A stretch of DNA of 64,000 nt from Armatimonadota bacterium (GCA_031400935.1 JANNQV010000027.1:186001-250000); one strand, 5' to 3'; positions 1-11,317 are shown, numbered from the stretch's first letter. The notes: generated by a model from the letters alone, not told the origin. Made by a program: numbers and translations.

Positions 1-793
1 CTGTGTGAGCATGAATCGTATTCCAAGAAAGCAGGGCCCCAGCCCAAAACGGGGGCGAAAACGACTTCCAATGATCATATTGGGCGGGTCTATCAATAAC
101 TTCGTTTCGCTGTTGATCCCAAGCCATCGAAAAGCACCAAGTGATTCCTTGAACGTTTTCAGGTTCTGGATCGCCGGCTACGGCATGTGCTTCGCCCGTT
201 TGTTGGCGAGATTCTGCACCGATGCGATATTCAACATTCGCAAGAGGAAGCAGATCACCCATTTCTGTGGCATCGAGCACAAACTTGCATTCGACAGTTT
301 CCGATTTTCCATTCTCGAGATTTAGGAATGTGACTGATCGAACTTGGTTTTGCGAAATCTCGACTCCCTTTGGCACTCTGCCCAAGCGAATATCGAGTTG
401 CTCTGGTGACAAAATTTCGTCCAGCATTCCATTGAGTACGCCCCAGGCAATTCGAGGTTCATGGCACAGATGAGAAACCCAGCCTAAACCTGGGTTTAGA
501 AAAGTTGAACTCTTGGCTGATGCAGTCAATGGATAAAAATCAGCATAGAATTTTCGAACCCGATTCCGAAATTTTCGATAGGTTGCAGTACATCCAAATT
601 GCTCGATCCAGGGATGTTCGTCTGGAGGAACGGCCTGAGAAGTCAATTGCCCACCGATCCAGTCCGTAGGTTCAGTCAAGATAACGCTAAAACCTGAATT
701 CGCAAGAGCGAGCGCAACGGCGCACCCACCAACGCCACCGCCGACGATCAGTACGTCGCAATGAGTATTAGAACTTGTGATTGATCTTGTCAA
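1..793 (-). CDS. FAD-dependent oxidoreductase (partial, runs off the window start)
   Basis: Manual translation from TTG 793 gives ...THCDVLIVGGGVGGCAVALALA...EPTDWIGGQLTSQAVPPDEHPWIE, a GxGxxG Rossmann start. Absent from the ORF track because its stop lies outside the window. Confidence 0.8.
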   Translation of the reverse strand, partial: MTRSITSSNTHCDVLIVGGGVGGCAVALALANSGFSVILTEPTDWIGGQLTSQAVPPDEHPWIEQFGCTATYRKFRNRVRKFYADFYPLTASAKSSTFLNPGLGWVSHLCHEPRIAWGVLNGMLDEILSPEQLDIRLGRVPKGVEISQNQVRSVTFLNLENGKSETVECKFVLDATEMGDLLPLANVEYRIGAESRQQTGEAHAVAGDPEPENVQGITWCFSMAWDQQRNEVIDRPAQYDHWKSFSPPFWAGALLSWNTIHAHT

Positions 794-878
794 AATAGCT
801 TAAACTTCCTTCAACTGCGAGAAATTGTGACATCAGATTGCAATTCAAGTAATTTTACTATGTTGATTTAACACAGTT

Positions 879-894
879 TGGCACGGAAACCGCA
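879..894 (+). promoter_or_regulatory. Candidate sigma-54 (-24/-12) promoter
   Basis: TGGCACGGAAACCGCA has GG-N10-GC spacing like the consensus TGGCACG-N4-TTGCW; it ends 54 nt before the PEP-CTERM gene start. Confidence 0.4.
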
Positions 895-948
895 TATACT
901 CCTTGTAGCTGTTTATGAAAATGGCGGGGCCGCGATTGGCCGTATCAA

Positions 949-1575
949 ATGGAGAACAAAATGTTTAAGTTTTTTAGTGGGTCTTTTCGCTCCGTATTCG
1001 GTGTTTGTATTTTTGCTGCAGCGGCAGCATCTTCTCAAGCCATCACATTCTTCAATGTAACATTCGCTGGAAGTGCGCCGTTGATCTCAGGGGCATCTTT
1101 TGCAACAGGACTTACTGACATTGACTTTACGATGCCAAATGCAGTTGTTGGCGACTTTCAAGCTCTGCGCCAAGGCACGTTTACGATTACCTACGAAGCA
1201 ACTAGCGCGGTATCCATGGTGATGGACCAAATGGTTTTATCCATTTTGGGCGGAGTATCTGGCAGCGGAATCATCATGTTCAGCGAAGTCATCGAAGACA
1301 TGGTCGTTCCTGGAATCATCGGCACGCTTTCGACGCAAACAATCACTTCAAACTCACAGCTGCCTTGGACGGGCAATATCTGGTTCTCACGTCCATCCAA
1401 CCACATTAAAGTCAAAAAGGAATTTTTCTTGATGGCTAATCCCGATACAAATGGGCTTGATCTATCCCGTATCGCTTTAATTGAGCAGAATCTTCATGTT
1501 GTTCCTGAACCGGCAAGCCTAGCTGCAATCAGCTTGGGAATTGCAGCATTAGCTGCTCGCCGCCGCCGTAAGTAA
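949..1575 (+). CDS. PEP-CTERM sorting-domain surface protein
   Basis: Signal peptide ending ...ASSQA; C-terminal VPEPAS, TM helix and RRRRK. Confidence 0.9.
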   Translation: MENKMFKFFSGSFRSVFGVCIFAAAAASSQAITFFNVTFAGSAPLISGASFATGLTDIDFTMPNAVVGDFQALRQGTFTITYEATSAVSMVMDQMVLSILGGVSGSGIIMFSEVIEDMVVPGIIGTLSTQTITSNSQLPWTGNIWFSRPSNHIKVKKEFFLMANPDTNGLDLSRIALIEQNLHVVPEPASLAAISLGIAALAARRRRK

Positions 1576-1734
1576 ATCGCAGGCTCACTTCATTGTGAGC
1601 ATACGTTTTCAAAATCCAGGCAATTTTGCAACCGATAGAGCCTCGGAAATGACAGACTTCGTGATATACTGAAGTCTGTCATTTTGTTATTTGCTTGCCA
1701 ATTTATTTTTTGGTAGCGTAGAGGAGCTGTATTC

Positions 1735-2352
1735 ATGTTTGTTTTTGGTACTCGAAAGAGATTTTTCGGTTTCGCACTTGCGAGTGCATTGCTACTTGGA
1801 TTGACTGCGAGTTCGCAGGCAGTCATCACGTTTTCGAACATTACGTTTAGCGGAACGCCCAATTTGATCAGTGCAGCTACATTTAACACCGGCAACTTCG
1901 ACATAGATTTTACGTTGCCAAACGCCGTTGTTGGCGATTTTCAAGTGGCTCGCCAAGGTGTGATTACCATCACTTATGAAGCGCAAAGCAATGATCCGAT
2001 GAGTGCCATGGTCTACACGCTTTTAGGCGGCGTAGCAGGAAATGGCTTGATCCAGTTCTCTGAAGTTGTCGAGGATATGATCACGCCAGGAATCATCGGA
2101 ACGCTTCCGACACAAACAATCACCTCAAACAGCCAGTTGCCATTTTCGACATCCTTTGATTTCATTCGTTCTTCAACAAGAATAAAGGTCAAAAAGGATT
2201 TCTTTCTAATTGCTGAGCCAAATTCGCAGGTTTTAGACCTGGCTCGAATTGCGTTTTTTGAGCAGAATATAAGTGTTGTTCCAGAGCCAGCCAGCATGGC
2301 TGCCTTGGGAATTGGATTCGCAGCACTAGTGGCTCGTCGGCGACGCAAGTAG
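1735..2352 (+). CDS. PEP-CTERM sorting-domain surface protein (paralog of 949-1575)
   Basis: Same architecture; shared blocks DIDFT.PNAVVGDFQ, PGIIGTL.TQTITSNSQLP, IKVKK.FFL; GAGGAG RBS. Confidence 0.9.
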   Translation: MFVFGTRKRFFGFALASALLLGLTASSQAVITFSNITFSGTPNLISAATFNTGNFDIDFTLPNAVVGDFQVARQGVITITYEAQSNDPMSAMVYTLLGGVAGNGLIQFSEVVEDMITPGIIGTLPTQTITSNSQLPFSTSFDFIRSSTRIKVKKDFFLIAEPNSQVLDLARIAFFEQNISVVPEPASMAALGIGFAALVARRRRK

Positions 2353-2375
2353 ATTTTTTGAAAGGCAAACAATTT

Positions 2376-2404
2376 GGCCTTCCTCGCAGAGGAAGGCCGT
2401 TTTT
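2376..2404 (+). terminator. Rho-independent terminator
   Basis: GGCCTTCCTC-gca-GAGGAAGGCC followed by a T-tract. Confidence 0.8.
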
Positions 2405-2449
2405 GTGTCAATTGTCTACCGTTTTAGCGTATAACCTATAACTGCCCAC

Positions 2450-4528
2450 ATGATTGTTCAATATGATTCCCCCCTTCAGCTTTCCGGTTCATTTGAGCCG
2501 AAGGGTGACCAGGCTTCGGCAATAGACATTCTCACCGATGGCCTTGAGAGCGGGCACCGGTTCCAAACTCTTTTAGGCGCAACTGGAACTGGAAAAACGT
2601 ACACAATGGCGAGCGTCATTGCAAAGGCAAATCGCCCTGCCCTGATCCTCGCTCACAATAAGACGCTGGCAGCACAGCTTTGCCAGGAGTTCAGGGCTTT
2701 TTTCCCTGAAAATGCAGTTCAATACTTCATAAGCTATTACGACTATTATCAGCCCGAAGCTTATGTCCCTCAGACCGATACCTATATTGAAAAGGACTCC
2801 AGCGTAAACGACGAAATAGACCGCTTGCGTCACGCCGCGACTCAGTCTTTGTTAGAAAGGCGCGACGTTGTAATCGTTGCATCCGTAAGCTGCATTTACG
2901 GTCTGGGCTCGCCTGACCGATATGCAGAATCTGTCGTCACTTTTGAAAAGGGAGTGGAATGTCCGCTAGACGAAGTGCTCATGCGCCTCACGCACATGCA
3001 ATTCACGCGAAATGACCTTGTGCTGGATCGAGGCACGTTTAGAGTTCGAGGCGAGGTGCTTGAAGTCCAACCCAAAGATGAAGAAATCATCACCCGAATT
3101 GAGTATTTCGGAGACACCGTTGAACGGATTCGGCTGATTGATCCACTGACTGGAGACGTGCTTGATGAGCCAACGCACATTTCCGTTTTCCCGGCTACGC
3201 ACTATGTAGCTCCATGGGAGAAAATGGACGATGTTATCGCAACGATTCTTGATGAGGCGCAGAATCAATGCGAATTATTTCAAGGTCAAAATAAATTGTT
3301 AGAAGCCCAACGATTGCGTCAAAGAGTTGATTTTGACGTTGAAATGATGCGGGAAGTTGGCTATTGCCAAGGAATTGAGAACTATTCGCGTTATTTTGAC
3401 AGCCGAAACGAAGGCGAGCCTCCCTATACATTGTTAGACTTCATAGCAAAAGACGCAATCCTTTTTATTGACGAATCTCATCAAACTTTGCCGCAGTTAA
3501 GAGCGATGTATAACGGCGACCGTCAAAGAAAATCGGTGCTGGTTGATTACGGATTTCGTTTGCCAAGTGCGCTTGATAATCGCCCGCTTCAATTTGAAGA
3601 GTTTTTGCAAAGAGCAGGTCAGATTGTATTTGTAAGTGCAACACCAGGGCCGTTCGAAAATGAAAACTCGAACCAGACCGCTCAACAGATTATTCGGCCC
3701 ACTTATGTCGTTGACCCAGAAGTGGAAATTCGCCCAACAAAGGGACAAATTGACGACTTAATCAACGAAATCCAAGCTGCCGTGAAGATAGGCCGTCGAA
3801 TTCTAGTTACAACGCTGACAAAGCGAATGTCGGAGGACTTAACTACTTATCTGCGGGAAATTGACGTTAAGGTTCAGTACATTCACTCGAATGTTCATTC
3901 GCTGGAAAGGCCCGAAATTTTGCGCGATTTACGGCTAGGAGTTTACGACGTTCTCGTCGGAGTCAACCTTTTGAGAGAAGGGCTCGACCTTCCCGAAGTG
4001 AGCCTAGTCGCGATCTTGGATGCCGACAAAGAGGGCTTTCTAAGAAGCGAAACCTCGCTGATACAAACAATAGGCCGAGCCGCCAGAAACGTGGATGGAA
4101 AGGTCATCCTCTATGCCGACAGGATCACAGGCTCGATGGAGCGGGCGATTGGCGAAACGAACCGCCGCCGCCAAGTGCAGGTAGATTACAACGAGTTGCA
4201 CGGCACTTCGCCCACCACAGTTATCAAAGAGGTTCGAGAAACGATTCGCTCGTATCAATCAGATGCCGTTGCAGAAGTTGTAGCCCAATATGGTTCAGCT
4301 GTGACAGAGGAGATTGGGAAAGACGGCAGCCCAGTTCGGATTGAAGATTTGCCATTGCTCATTGACAGCCTCGAAAAACAGATGAAAGATTGCGCAAAGG
4401 CGATGGAATTTGAAAGAGCGGCACAGGTGCGGGACGAAATTCAGAGGCTTAGGCAGCTAATGGGAACATCTGATGGAAAGCTGGGAATCAGTGCGAAGAG
4501 GAAGCTGCCTGGTAGGGTTCGACGCTAG
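2450..4528 (+). CDS. uvrB: Excinuclease ABC subunit B
   Basis: GATGTGKT Walker A, YYDYYQPEAY, LDADKEGFLRS, C-terminal UVR coil. Confidence 0.98.
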   Translation: MIVQYDSPLQLSGSFEPKGDQASAIDILTDGLESGHRFQTLLGATGTGKTYTMASVIAKANRPALILAHNKTLAAQLCQEFRAFFPENAVQYFISYYDYYQPEAYVPQTDTYIEKDSSVNDEIDRLRHAATQSLLERRDVVIVASVSCIYGLGSPDRYAESVVTFEKGVECPLDEVLMRLTHMQFTRNDLVLDRGTFRVRGEVLEVQPKDEEIITRIEYFGDTVERIRLIDPLTGDVLDEPTHISVFPATHYVAPWEKMDDVIATILDEAQNQCELFQGQNKLLEAQRLRQRVDFDVEMMREVGYCQGIENYSRYFDSRNEGEPPYTLLDFIAKDAILFIDESHQTLPQLRAMYNGDRQRKSVLVDYGFRLPSALDNRPLQFEEFLQRAGQIVFVSATPGPFENENSNQTAQQIIRPTYVVDPEVEIRPTKGQIDDLINEIQAAVKIGRRILVTTLTKRMSEDLTTYLREIDVKVQYIHSNVHSLERPEILRDLRLGVYDVLVGVNLLREGLDLPEVSLVAILDADKEGFLRSETSLIQTIGRAARNVDGKVILYADRITGSMERAIGETNRRRQVQVDYNELHGTSPTTVIKEVRETIRSYQSDAVAEVVAQYGSAVTEEIGKDGSPVRIEDLPLLIDSLEKQMKDCAKAMEFERAAQVRDEIQRLRQLMGTSDGKLGISAKRKLPGRVRR

Positions 4529-5178
4529 CCGCGCAAAAACCCATACAATGCACCCCACGCCAAAAGGGTCACAGCGACAAATAGAACTGCCGAGAATTTT
4601 TGAACCGTCTCTTGAGATTTCGCGCTCACAGTTATCCCCCACCGGATGCAGAAATTCCAGATTCCGTACGCCAAATGGTACGAAGCGCAAACCGTTCCAA
4701 CTAGATAGAAAGCAAGCCAGAGGTAGCCCGTCCCAGTCAGTTTTTCATGCCATGCGTCGTATTTGATTAGCTCCGCACCAATTGGGGAAAGGTATTTGGC
4801 AACGGTTGTGGTGGCGACGTGAACTGCCAAAAAAAGAAACAAAACGATTCCTGTTACCCGTTGAAGAAAGAACATTCGATTCTGCGACCAGCCGTATTTG
4901 TCTTCAAATACATTGTTCTGGGCTCGGCTACTGATGAATATTCCGTAAACTGAGTGGAATAGGATCGGTATCCAGAGAACCAAAATCTCCATTCCAAGCA
5001 ACAAATGTTTAGGGACTGATTCAAAAAAATCAATGACGCTGTTGAACTTTTCTGGACCGGCGATACTGAAGGAATTCAGCGTCAAGTGCTGCAGCATATA
5101 GAATCCGATCGGCACAACTCCGGTAAGCGAATGGATTTTGTGAAGTACGAAATTCTCTTTTTGCAGCGAGAGGGACAT
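4525..5178 (-). CDS. sdhC: Succinate dehydrogenase cytochrome b558 subunit
   Basis: LHKIHSLTGVVPIG, QRVTG, YHLAYGIWNFCIRWGITV motifs with 5 TM helices. True start is probably ATG 5178; the ORF-track extension runs into a repeat. Confidence 0.85.
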   Translation of the reverse strand: MSLSLQKENFVLHKIHSLTGVVPIGFYMLQHLTLNSFSIAGPEKFNSVIDFFESVPKHLLLGMEILVLWIPILFHSVYGIFISSRAQNNVFEDKYGWSQNRMFFLQRVTGIVLFLFLAVHVATTTVAKYLSPIGAELIKYDAWHEKLTGTGYLWLAFYLVGTVCASYHLAYGIWNFCIRWGITVSAKSQETVQKFSAVLFVAVTLLAWGALYGFLRG

Positions 5179-5203
5179 CGTGGTTATGTTACCTATGGGC
5201 ATC

Positions 5204-6625
<1,422 letters not shown>

Positions 6626-6643
6626 CCGCCAGCGACACAAAGT

Positions 6644-7741
6644 TTATTTCTTCAACATCTTGTTGAAATGGACCGCCAGACTTCCTTTCCCCGTTTCATC
6701 AGAAAGCTCGTGAATCAGGTGGTTCTTCCCTACAATCCGAGTCAGCTTGTAAACGTCGCTTTTGCCTTCAAAGGTCGAATTACCAGCCACATCAAAGAGG
6801 AAAGAGCGAGCTTTCTCGGCCGTCGGATGGTCGTATGCTGTCGAAGGCAAATACTCGGTGATAGCCTCGACCACGTAAGAGCGCATCAACTTGCCTTCGT
6901 ATTTTTGGAAGATGCTGTCATCGGCGAAGCAGTCCGCCCAGATGAGGTGGCCGTTGACAGAAACAATTGCTCCAACCGCTGCTTTCTTAGGGAACTTGGC
7001 TTCCATAGCCTTTAGGTAATCGCCGCTGTCCTTCTGGTTCTTGGCTGAATTCAAAGTGCCTTGGTAGGTGGTCGCTCCGCTTGCGACGCCTGATTTTCGA
7101 TTCTTGTCTTCGACTTTCGCCCAGACTTCGCTTTGAGAACCGGCAGCTTGCGCCGAACCTCGGATCGTTGGATCGGCTACCGCTCCCCCGCCGCCATATC
7201 CTCCAGCCGTGGCAGGCTTTCCTGCACTGTTTGGAGCAGAAGCAAAATTGGAAGTTCCTCCGCTCCATCTGCCGTGCTCAACGCAAAAAACTTCGAGGCT
7301 TTGCGCGTATTTGCTCGGTGCAATCAAGCCATCTTTTTGTATGATCCGATCTTGTTTGCCGCCGATAACCATTTCGCCAGCCATCAGGATCAGAATCTTT
7401 CCAGATTCATTGATGATAGCTAGGCTATTGACTTGTGCTCCTCCGCCTTGACCGCCCTGTCTGTTTTGTTGAGCGTTTGCCGTTTGTCCTCCTGCGGAGG
7501 CACCATTTCGAGGTCGAATGAGCGGAGTACCTCCGTCCATTTCGGTTACTCGAACCGTGCCAGTCTTCAAGCCTTCGTCCAGCGTGATGTAGTTCGTCCC
7601 GACATTCGAATTTGAACGGTCTACGACCGGATAAATCGCCAAGTTTTTGTGGATGATGGGCGGTAAAACCATCCATTCCGTTTTTGCGGGCATGAGTGCC
7701 AAATGGGCAAAACTGATTGCGAGAATTGATGTTGTAATCAT
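6644..7741 (-). CDS. Secreted DUF6569/ARPP-1-like protein
   Basis: NLAIYPV, YITLDEGL, GEMVIGGKQDR, VFCVEHGRW, QSEVW motifs; signal peptide; GGAGG RBS. Confidence 0.65.
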   Translation of the reverse strand: MITTSILAISFAHLALMPAKTEWMVLPPIIHKNLAIYPVVDRSNSNVGTNYITLDEGLKTGTVRVTEMDGGTPLIRPRNGASAGGQTANAQQNRQGGQGGGAQVNSLAIINESGKILILMAGEMVIGGKQDRIIQKDGLIAPSKYAQSLEVFCVEHGRWSGGTSNFASAPNSAGKPATAGGYGGGGAVADPTIRGSAQAAGSQSEVWAKVEDKNRKSGVASGATTYQGTLNSAKNQKDSGDYLKAMEAKFPKKAAVGAIVSVNGHLIWADCFADDSIFQKYEGKLMRSYVVEAITEYLPSTAYDHPTAEKARSFLFDVAGNSTFEGKSDVYKLTRIVGKNHLIHELSDETGKGSLAVHFNKMLKK

Positions 7742-7940
7742 GATCCCTCCAAGAACCTTTAGCTTTTGGACGGGTGTTTTCCGGATTGGTTACGGCTGAT
7801 CTGAATTGCTCAAGTTTGGAATCTTACACAGTGCAGCAATGCTTTTGACATCTATTTGTGTGCTTCCGCATCCTCCGTATGAACGCAATCTAGGAATCTC
7901 ACGCAACGGTCGCAAAGGTTCGCAACGCTGTCGTGGCCCT

Positions 7941-8393
7941 CTACTTCAAAACTTCGACTAGCTGATCAATGTGATACAGGTCGTGACCAAGGAGCATATT
8001 TGCCTGATCGTCCGCTGAGAGTTTGCCCTTTTCGTTATGATTGGAAAAATTAGTCCACTGTTCTGGATTGAGGGACTCAAAGTAGGCAATCGTTATGGCT
8101 CGGCGCTCCGAAAAAACTTCAATTTGCCTTTCCCAATCCCATTTTGAATATCCAAGTTCTTCTGCACGAACACCTTCATCGATTCCAATGATTTCAGAAC
8201 CGGGCGCGATGACCGAGAGTTTGATTCTCTCCAATAGAATTTCTTCCCAATCTGCCATGTGAGCAATGACCTCTCGTGGGGTAAACCGCATTGGGTGAGT
8301 CGGTTCATCCATCATATGAAGAGGGATTTGATGCAACAAGTAATTGAATGCACGAGGAGTTGCTTTGAGTCCTGGGAACAAGTAGGGGTGCAT
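7941..8393 (-). CDS. DinB/YfiT family protein
   Basis: EVIAHMADWE and GHDLYHIDQL metal-binding His pattern. Confidence 0.8.
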   Translation of the reverse strand: MHPYLFPGLKATPRAFNYLLHQIPLHMMDEPTHPMRFTPREVIAHMADWEEILLERIKLSVIAPGSEIIGIDEGVRAEELGYSKWDWERQIEVFSERRAITIAYFESLNPEQWTNFSNHNEKGKLSADDQANMLLGHDLYHIDQLVEVLK

Positions 8394-8483
8394 AGCCAAG
8401 ATTACCTTTCCAATCTGCAACAGTGGAACCCGCAGGGAAGATATACTCTTGGGTAAGGATACGGGCATGCGCCAGGAGAAAAA

Positions 8484-9218
8484 TTGACACGAAGAGACCT
8501 AATCAAGTTTGGAGCGATGGGAACTGTCGGCCTCACTACTGGGATTCGATTCGGCAACGCCCAAAATCAGTCGGAGGAAACAAAAATGGAAGAAACAATG
8601 ATTGCGCCCAAATTGGTAGATGTGCCTCAAGCCATACCGGAAAAAGTGTATTCGAGCGAGCGAGTTGGTATATCCCGAAAGACCCATGACGAGCACTTGA
8701 AGCTTTGGCAAGGATATGCCAACCAGACGAACAATATTCGAAAAGCTTTGGCCGAACTCGACACCGATCCTGCAAAAGCGAACCAAATCTTCAGCCAAAT
8801 GCGAGCCTTGAAAGTGGATTACACGTTTGCTTACGAAGGCTACATCAACCATAACGTGTATTTCGAAACGCTTGGTGGCAATGGCGGGGCTGCAACAGGA
8901 AAGGTGGCGGCATTAATCGCGGAAGCTTACGGCACTTTTGAGAGATGGGCTGCCGACTTCAAATCAACCGGAATCGCTGGCCGTGGCTGGGTTTATCTAG
9001 CTTACGATCATGTCGAGAAACGCGTTTTCAACTACATCGGCGATGCTCAAAACTCGTTCCCGATTTGGAATCACACATTGCTTCTCGCTATGGACGTTTA
9101 CGAACACGCCTACTTCTTAGATTTTGCGGTCGCAAGAGCGAAGTACATTGATGCTTATATGCAGTGTATTGATTGGGATGCGGTAAATCGGCGTGGTGAA
9201 GCAGTAACTTTGGGCTAG
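8484..9218 (+). CDS. Fe/Mn superoxide dismutase with Tat-like leader
   Basis: EHLKLWQGY, NHNVYF, DVYEHAY ligand motifs; N-terminal TRRDLIK; AGGAG RBS before TTG. Confidence 0.85.
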   Translation: MTRRDLIKFGAMGTVGLTTGIRFGNAQNQSEETKMEETMIAPKLVDVPQAIPEKVYSSERVGISRKTHDEHLKLWQGYANQTNNIRKALAELDTDPAKANQIFSQMRALKVDYTFAYEGYINHNVYFETLGGNGGAATGKVAALIAEAYGTFERWAADFKSTGIAGRGWVYLAYDHVEKRVFNYIGDAQNSFPIWNHTLLLAMDVYEHAYFLDFAVARAKYIDAYMQCIDWDAVNRRGEAVTLG

Positions 9219-9289
9219 TTCGGTGTTCCTGCGGGTCCTTCTTTCAAACCCTTCCTTCTGATGGAAGATAGTGGTCATTTGCGTTAAGT

Positions 9290-9535
9290 CTATTTAAGGT
9301 TTTTCGGCCAGACAGGTGGATCATGCTTGAGAACTTTCAGCACAAGGTAAACATCAAGAAGTCCGGCGACGCAATATGGCACCAAGTAGTGCCAATGCAA
9401 TCTCCATGTAAGAAAAACGAACAGGGCGAGAAGAAAGCAAACAGTAAAGATGTGATCGAAAGTCAGTTCGTCAAGCTTCCAACCTAGGAACAATAGAATT
9501 GCAAACAGCGGATAGATTGCATTGCCAAAAAACAT
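9290..9535 (-). CDS. Small membrane protein
   Basis: 81 aa with three hydrophobic segments; starts 9 nt after the upstream stop on the same strand. Confidence 0.6.
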   Translation of the reverse strand: MFFGNAIYPLFAILLFLGWKLDELTFDHIFTVCFLLALFVFLTWRLHWHYLVPYCVAGLLDVYLVLKVLKHDPPVWPKNLK

Positions 9536-9544
9536 TAGCGGCCA

Positions 9545-10447
9545 CTAGCCTCTACTCACATAAACGAAATCTCCGATTCCTCGACTTACCGAAATTGGCT
9601 TATCGGACTCTGCCATCATCACGGTGATCCCGCGTTCGCCTGTTCGTCTTTCAATTCGCCAGTTGATCGCTTGGTTGAACATTACGTGCCCTGACCCTGC
9701 AACAACGACGAATACAGTCTTTGAAGAATACGGCATTGATTCCAAATATTTGAGTGCAGAATCGGCCATTCCAGTATCCCAAAGGCATTGCGCAGAATAG
9801 ATATTCTCTCCTCGATCTCCGGATGGCGGGTGCCCGCCCATGAGTGCTCCAAAAATCGCACGGTGAAACTGGTTTGTGGTGTCGACCGTAGGCACCTGCG
9901 CTTGCTCTTCGGCGGTGAGAGCTTTCAAACCGTCCTTTCCAACTTTTCGAACCCAATCGCGAGGGACATTGAGAGCAACCATAGGCAATCTATGCTTCTT
10001 TGTTGCCTCGAAAATCGGGCGATACAAAGCAAAGTCAAATCCCCACTGCCCTTTCCAGTCTGCATTTTTGATAAACTCCTCTTCGCTCCACCAGCCAAGA
10101 GTCCAAGGGTTAAGCTGTTTTTGAACTGGGCGGGTAAACATCTCGAAGCCAACGACGACATCTCGACCGCGTTTAACCAAGGCTTCGATCACAGCAGCTT
10201 GCATTTTATGATGCGCCAAACGGTCATGGCTTTCGCCAAGAAAAACGAATCTGTGACCATCTGAAGCGACTGCAATATCATCAACTAATACTCTTGCTCC
10301 AGAACGCAGATCAATAATTTCTTCTAGTGAAACGGACATCTTTCCCGGCCTCCCAATTTGGAGCGTCAAAGGGTCTGGAGCAGGTGCTTCTTGAGGAAAT
10401 GGCAAAGGTAGTCCGAAAATTGCAATTGAGAGTGCAGGAATCATCAT
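9545..10447 (-). CDS. ChaN/PhuW-type (Tiki superfamily) haem-uptake protein
   Basis: FVFLGESHD, GFEMF, ALNVPR, AQCLWDTGMA, VAGSGHV. Confidence 0.85.
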   Translation of the reverse strand: MMIPALSIAIFGLPLPFPQEAPAPDPLTLQIGRPGKMSVSLEEIIDLRSGARVLVDDIAVASDGHRFVFLGESHDRLAHHKMQAAVIEALVKRGRDVVVGFEMFTRPVQKQLNPWTLGWWSEEEFIKNADWKGQWGFDFALYRPIFEATKKHRLPMVALNVPRDWVRKVGKDGLKALTAEEQAQVPTVDTTNQFHRAIFGALMGGHPPSGDRGENIYSAQCLWDTGMADSALKYLESMPYSSKTVFVVVAGSGHVMFNQAINWRIERRTGERGITVMMAESDKPISVSRGIGDFVYVSRG

Positions 10448-10484
10448 GATCAGCGTACCGCGAAAAGCTTCGAGGCTAGTAATT

Positions 10485-11096
10485 GTGCGAAAATTGAAAG
10501 TAGTGAACTCTTCCAATTTCGTACCAAATCTATGGATTTTCTTAGCAATCGGAGTGTTGGCGACCCTTACTTCTTGCAAAACTCAAAGTACTCCAATTTC
10601 TGAAAGTCAACACTCGGGCGGTGCAAGTTCCGAAGAGGCTTCAACTCCGGAAGGCAAACTTCACGATCAATTGAGTTCTGGAATTTTTCAAGCCGATGCT
10701 TCGGTTTCTTCAATTACTGGTGCGATTCAAATCGCAGATGAAATGGCTAAGTCTGTAAAAATGAGCGAGGCAGGGGCGGCAATAACGGATGTCCTAGATG
10801 TTCTAAACTTCTGCGGAAAGTCAATGGCGGAACTTATTGACGAAAGTCCGGACGAGGCTGAAATCAAGAAGGACTTTGTAAAATATGACGATCTACGTAT
10901 CAAGGCTGTTGAAATCGCGAACGATTGCTTGCACGATCTTGAAGAAGCTAACGGAGTCCTGGATTCACTAAAGTCGGAATTGAGCGGCGACTCATTAGGC
11001 GAACTAACTCTTCTTCAAACGCAAATCGCAGAAGCGATGGACGACGTGATTGGGACAATTGAAGGATTTGGCGGAAAGGTTGAGCCAATCGGTTAG
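10485..11096 (+). CDS. Hypothetical helical lipoprotein
   Basis: Hydrophobic stretch ending LTSC (lipobox) and an acidic helical body; start uncertain. Confidence 0.55.
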   Translation: MRKLKVVNSSNFVPNLWIFLAIGVLATLTSCKTQSTPISESQHSGGASSEEASTPEGKLHDQLSSGIFQADASVSSITGAIQIADEMAKSVKMSEAGAAITDVLDVLNFCGKSMAELIDESPDEAEIKKDFVKYDDLRIKAVEIANDCLHDLEEANGVLDSLKSELSGDSLGELTLLQTQIAEAMDDVIGTIEGFGGKVEPIG

Positions 11097-11100
11097 TTTT

Positions 11101-11202
11101 GTGGCATCGGCGTCTCGCCGATGTGTAAAATGGCCGTCCCGGCCATTTTAGGAAAGCAACATGAGATTCAAGCTTGCCTCATTGGCGGGACGCCAATGAG
11201 GC
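11101..11202. repeat. Palindromic repeat cluster between convergent gene and tRNA
   Basis: CATCGGCG-tct-CGCCGATG, AAAATGGCC..GGCCATTTT, TGCCTCATTGGCG-gga-CGCCAATGAGGCA. Confidence 0.6.
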
Positions 11203-11210
11203 AGAAAAAC

Positions 11211-11296
11211 TGGTACCGGGGATGGGACTCGAACCCACATGAGTATAACCTCAACGGTGTTTGAGACCGCCGCGTCTACCATTCCGCCACCCCGGC
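11211..11296 (-). tRNA. tRNA-Leu(CAA)
   Basis: GCCGGGGTGGCGGAATGGTAGACGC...CTCAAAC loop, long variable arm, GGTTCGAGTCC, CCA end. Confidence 0.95.
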
Positions 11297-11317
11297 AAGG
11301 AACTGAGAGGATACCTC

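Noticed and set aside
5..473. Plus-strand ORFs 5-325 and 222-473
   Set aside because: They are shadows of the minus-strand FAD oxidoreductase; most other short antisense ORFs in the track were dismissed likewise.
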